Source of the DNA: a virus
Lineage: Duplodnaviria; Caudoviricetes
Virus record (IMG/VR): IMGVR_UViG_3300044484_000042
Span: 1 to 37,895 of that record
Direction: 5' to 3' (one strand)
DNA length: 37,895 bases
Shown: piece after piece, positions 35,501-37,895 of the stretch
How positions within the stretch are numbered: position 1 is the first letter of the stretch
How the letters are laid out: each line of letters starts with the position of its first letter
The notes under the pieces: model-generated
Databases searched by the model: none
What the model saw: only the letters and a program-made list of their open reading frames with translations
What the model was told of the DNA's origin: nothing
Program-made: the position numbers and the translations under genes

Positions 35501-35841
35501 TCCTGGCCGCCTTCAACCTGCTCTCGCCGGAGGAGCAGCTCGCGAACAAGGCGACCTTCCTCGCCGACCTGGACGCGGTGGACACTGCGGTCAGCACCAA
35601 GCTCGGCAAGATCGCCACGCTGATCGGGACCGATACCACGGGGCCATTTGCGGCTGTCCAGAAGGCGCTCGACAGCGTGGCCGCGAAGATGCAGTCCGCT
35701 GCCGACACTTCGAAGGAGGCCTCCGACGGCATGAAGGAGGCCGCCAACACCGCACTGGCCGCTGCGCGGACGCCACAGCGCATTGAGGTGGTGCTGACCG
35801 GCAGCGCGGCCTCGCAGGTCTACGCGCCGATCGGAGCGTGA
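32524..35841 (+). CDS. Tail tape measure protein (1105 aa)
   Basis: Long Ala/Gln-rich helical protein with a Gly-rich hydrophobic segment, directly after the chaperones. Confidence 0.93.
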   Translation: MAETINFGIRLTADGNAFVGTVQIAREQIERLGAASRQASGGVGQLDTSMRQSMTSAVALGSAIGNVAVDVAKGFTRWMTAGYAAANQLKDLSDITGSTVESLSQLTNIARVSGTSAAGLETALSKLAVGLSGTDEESRQAGKALAALGIQSRDPAQAMTELAKKFAQYADDANKAAYANEIFGRGGAKLLPLLKDIAEQQDVAATVTARQAQEAERLGENMRRLSVETDALRDSLLSGLLPQLNNLLEQLREGTRIAGGFWQALNLFSTLPAVNNIAEAQAVIEQINANLLDSESKYESAFGRWVNSLLGNSLEKAKANAAAKIEFIKLQITQLRKLATGQDTEFGDLEGAMARAAAKPSLGAPPTGAKGKKEVDDFARALEQVRKVAAEAELELAGLFDTERITKASRALTALMASDAWPKFTKQQQETLKAILGQASAVEQATGEWERLAKAAAGFAAQQADERRKWEDVLAKNTEDVDKLVATLDLETKTMFQTNEERERAIALSEILWQGEEDYLAKVEKVNAAFDRRNSAAALKKSLDEQQAAYERTYNQIADSLTDALLRGFESGKDIAQNFIDTLKNMFGSLVLRPIIQAIVSPLAGGITSMLGFSGAAQAAGGGGGLGGLLNLGGTLGNLGNWAAGGGIFGAGLGNTFALSGVGQTLGLSAAGLDMAGGVALTGLGTTLGTVIPLVGAGLAIASMFGAFSKGGGPKQGGSAGYGGFYPGETTAQGNAAMQAAVADTSKSYSALLKLLGGSGAADFTLGFDTDPQGTAGSRVSAGATVGGKAVYSLRDLDVGRDPAALEAALKSESKKAILAALQASDLPDAVAAVLQTVNVASASDEAIDNLLNFATAMGAVLEAISGDVVADAQVAWEESQRSTIEVLRGMGQEVIRLAENLDGSAESMQALSGATIEYRQAVDATLIQIRQIAAALKETFAATREQVEFAGLGKQESYDLYRQKGSTLLGLINESDDPAMVQKYAEKINGYFLAAFNLLSPEEQLANKATFLADLDAVDTAVSTKLGKIATLIGTDTTGPFAAVQKALDSVAAKMQSAADTSKEASDGMKEAANTALAAARTPQRIEVVLTGSAASQVYAPIGA

Positions 35842-35845
35842 CGAG

Positions 35846-36364
35846 ATGCGCACGCTGAGCTCCGCGCTGCTGACCGAGCTCGGGTTGACCGTGACCCGGC
35901 CTGGCTACCTGGCCGAGATCGCGTTCCCGACGCCGATGCGGCTGTCCTCGCTCGGGACGCTTACGTGGAACTCGCTGCAGTGGATCGGTCGCGATCTGGA
36001 GGTGCGCTTCGGGCCGATCGTCGGCCGGGCCGGGCAGACCGTTTCGGTCTCGATCGACAACGATGCGCAGTCGATGTCCGCCGAGATTCTCGCCAACGGC
36101 GTGACGGGGCGATCGCTCAAGATCTGGGTGGCCTACGCCGGAGCGTTGGCCTCTGCCGATCCCTATCTCGCCTTCAACGGCAACTGCGACGGCGCCGAAA
36201 TCACACCGGACAAGGTGACGATCTCCGGCGCGCTGATCTCGCCGGCGGCGCTCTACTGTCCGCGCAAGCGGATCAATCAATCGACGGGGTTCTCGGCGCT
36301 GCTGCCAGCCGGCGCCAGGGTGCGGATCGGCAATCACATCTACCACAACCTGCGCCGGATCTGA
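35846..36364 (+). CDS. Tail-tip/hub protein (gpL-like N-terminal region)
   Basis: PGYLAEI..MRLSS..WNSLQW..SVSIDN..FNGNCD; follows the tape measure. Confidence 0.72.
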   Translation: MRTLSSALLTELGLTVTRPGYLAEIAFPTPMRLSSLGTLTWNSLQWIGRDLEVRFGPIVGRAGQTVSVSIDNDAQSMSAEILANGVTGRSLKIWVAYAGALASADPYLAFNGNCDGAEITPDKVTISGALISPAALYCPRKRINQSTGFSALLPAGARVRIGNHIYHNLRRI

Positions 36365-36367
36365 CGA

Positions 36368-36697
36368 ATGGCGAGCATCCCGACCACCAACCTGCACCGC
36401 GATTCGGCGCTGTCGTTCGTCGATGGCCTGGTTGTCGATCGCGCTACCAACGGGAAGGCGCGCGGGCGCAATTTCTGGAGCGGGAAGAAGGCCGAGTTCG
36501 AATTGCGCTACTCGATGCTGACGTCGACGCAGAAGCAGACCTTGCTCGACTTCTACGACGCCAACCGCGGCACCACGTTCGACCTGACCTTCGATAGCGT
36601 GCTGTACCCGACGCTCATCTTCGCCCCGAATGGCGCGCCGCGCGTCGTCAAGCGGGGCACCTGGTACGACGTCACGCTGCGGGTGGTCGAGGTATGA
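36368..36697 (+). CDS. Distal tail protein (lambda gpM-like)
   Basis: FELRYSMLT..LLDFYDANRG..FDLTF..YDVTLRVVEV. Confidence 0.75.
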   Translation: MASIPTTNLHRDSALSFVDGLVVDRATNGKARGRNFWSGKKAEFELRYSMLTSTQKQTLLDFYDANRGTTFDLTFDSVLYPTLIFAPNGAPRVVKRGTWYDVTLRVVEV

Positions 36698-37895
36698 CCG
36701 GCGAAACCACGGTACCCGGCTTCCCGACGGAGATCGTCCCGGCGATCACGTTGCGCGGGCCCAGCGTCACCGATCCGCGCACGCTGGATCGCGCCCAGTC
36801 CCGGGCGCCGAGCCTGCAGAAGACCGGCGCCGCCGAGAACGAAATCATCCGGGTGATCTACGGCAAGCCGCGGCTCGGCGGCCAGGTGGCCAACATTCTC
36901 AACCAGTCGTCGCAATACTGGGTGTTCGACATCGTGTGGGGCTGGGGGCCGATCGATTCCGTGGTGAGCACCACGATCAGCGATTCGGCGACGCTGCCGA
37001 CGGGAACGACGGTAACGCATCACGACGGAACGCAAGTGGCCGTGGACTCGGTGCTGCAGGCGGCGTTCGCGGCCAACGGGTACACGTTCAACGACGTTCG
37101 TCCGAACATCGCCTATTCGGTCTACAAGATCCCGACGGCGGCCATCGATTCGGTGCCGACGTTCGAGGCGGTGATCAAGGGCCGCAAGATCTACGACCCG
37201 CGCGGGCCGACGACGGCGTGGAGCGACAATCCTGCGCTTTGCCTCGCTGACTTCATCACCAACACCGATTATGGTCTTGGCGCGTCGATTGACTGGACGA
37301 GCGTGGCAACCGCCGCGAATCGTTGCGACGAACTGGTGGGCTCGCCGCAGGAAAAGCGCAACCTGCTCAACCTGGTGCTCGATTCGGCGCGGCTGGGCGA
37401 AGAATGGGTCGAGGTGCTGCGGACCTACGCGGAGTGCTGGGTCGTGCAGACGGCGGGTACCTATACCCTGATCCCAGACGCACCCGCGGCGTCGGTCTAC
37501 AGCTTCGATCATTCGACGGGCAACATCATCGATCTACCGCGGCTCGGCAAGGCGAAACTGCTCGACGTCCCCACCGTCGTCATCGCCACCTACACCAACA
37601 CGGCCACCATTCCCTACCGGGACGCGAAGGCGTTCGCCTACGCATCAGGCGCCAAGGAGGGGACCGTGCCGTGGCGGGAATCCCAAGTATCGCTGCCCGC
37701 GGTCCATCGCTACAGCGAGGCTTATCGACAGGCGGTGCAGCGGCTCAACAAGCTGACCATCAACGACCTGTCAGGCTCGATCGTCGGCGCGGACGAAGCG
37801 CTCCAGCTGAACCTGGGTGACGTCGTGACGGTGACGCATCCGATGGGCCTCACGGCAAAGCCGATGCGGATCGCGGCCATTGATTCGCGCTCGCC
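36694..37895 (+). CDS. Central tail tip / host-specificity protein (gpJ-like), truncated by the window end
   Basis: Not in the ORF track (open at edge). ATG 36694 (ATGA overlap); VIYGKPRLGG, GPIDSV, IKGRKIYDPR, WSDNPALCLADF, GDVVTVTHP. Confidence 0.88.
   Translation, partial: MTGETTVPGFPTEIVPAITLRGPSVTDPRTLDRAQSRAPSLQKTGAAENEIIRVIYGKPRLGGQVANILNQSSQYWVFDIVWGWGPIDSVVSTTISDSATLPTGTTVTHHDGTQVAVDSVLQAAFAANGYTFNDVRPNIAYSVYKIPTAAIDSVPTFEAVIKGRKIYDPRGPTTAWSDNPALCLADFITNTDYGLGASIDWTSVATAANRCDELVGSPQEKRNLLNLVLDSARLGEEWVEVLRTYAECWVVQTAGTYTLIPDAPAASVYSFDHSTGNIIDLPRLGKAKLLDVPTVVIATYTNTATIPYRDAKAFAYASGAKEGTVPWRESQVSLPAVHRYSEAYRQAVQRLNKLTINDLSGSIVGADEALQLNLGDVVTVTHPMGLTAKPMRIAAIDSRS

Larger units (their letters stand above)
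1..37895. mobile_element. Temperate tailed phage/prophage (siphovirus-like tail, Mu-like head genes, lambdoid cI/cro switch); both ends lie outside the window
   Basis: Uninterrupted run of recombination/replication, immunity, packaging, head, lysis and tail genes; no host housekeeping gene seen. Confidence 0.97.

Noticed and set aside
10303-35853. Long antisense ORFs (10303-12294, 15948-17324, 25173-26504, 26958-28364, 33445-35853)
   Set aside because: Shadow frames of high-GC genes, with no recognisable motifs or RBS

Overview
The whole window is one continuous piece of a high-GC temperate siphovirus-type phage or prophage, probably from a Proteobacterium. Neither end, an integrase nor an att site is visible. 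The leftward early operon (1-5687) encodes a RadD/YejH-like SF2 helicase, a Cas4-like nuclease, a DUF669 SSB, a Sak4-like ATPase and small ORFs. It is followed by the pL promoter and operators, then a four-gene accessory cassette coupled downstream of the CI-like repressor (the lambda rexAB position). After the cI/cro switch come a CII-like gene, an HTH gene frameshifted at a G14 tract, a DUF559-type nuclease, a primase-polymerase/helicase and a putative iteron origin. The late region has terS, terL, a Mor-family activator and a Mu gp29-like portal. An ~8.5 kb block of lysis and unusual fibre-like structural genes separates the portal from a MuF-metallopeptidase fusion and its candidate immunity gene. 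Next are the protease/scaffold, decoration and major capsid genes, the neck, tail tube, -1 frameshifted tail chaperones, tape measure and tail-tip genes. Best candidates for new biology: the lysogeny-expressed nucleotidyltransferase + OB-fold + membrane Zn-ribbon + Cys-rich operon (candidate anti-phage system); a repeat-scaffold fibre cassette with an apparently split beta-domain; a 20-bp duplicated putative Mor-dependent late promoter, with one copy inside mor itself; and an endolysin-holin fusion with an internal start. All family assignments come from motif recognition by eye, not database searches.
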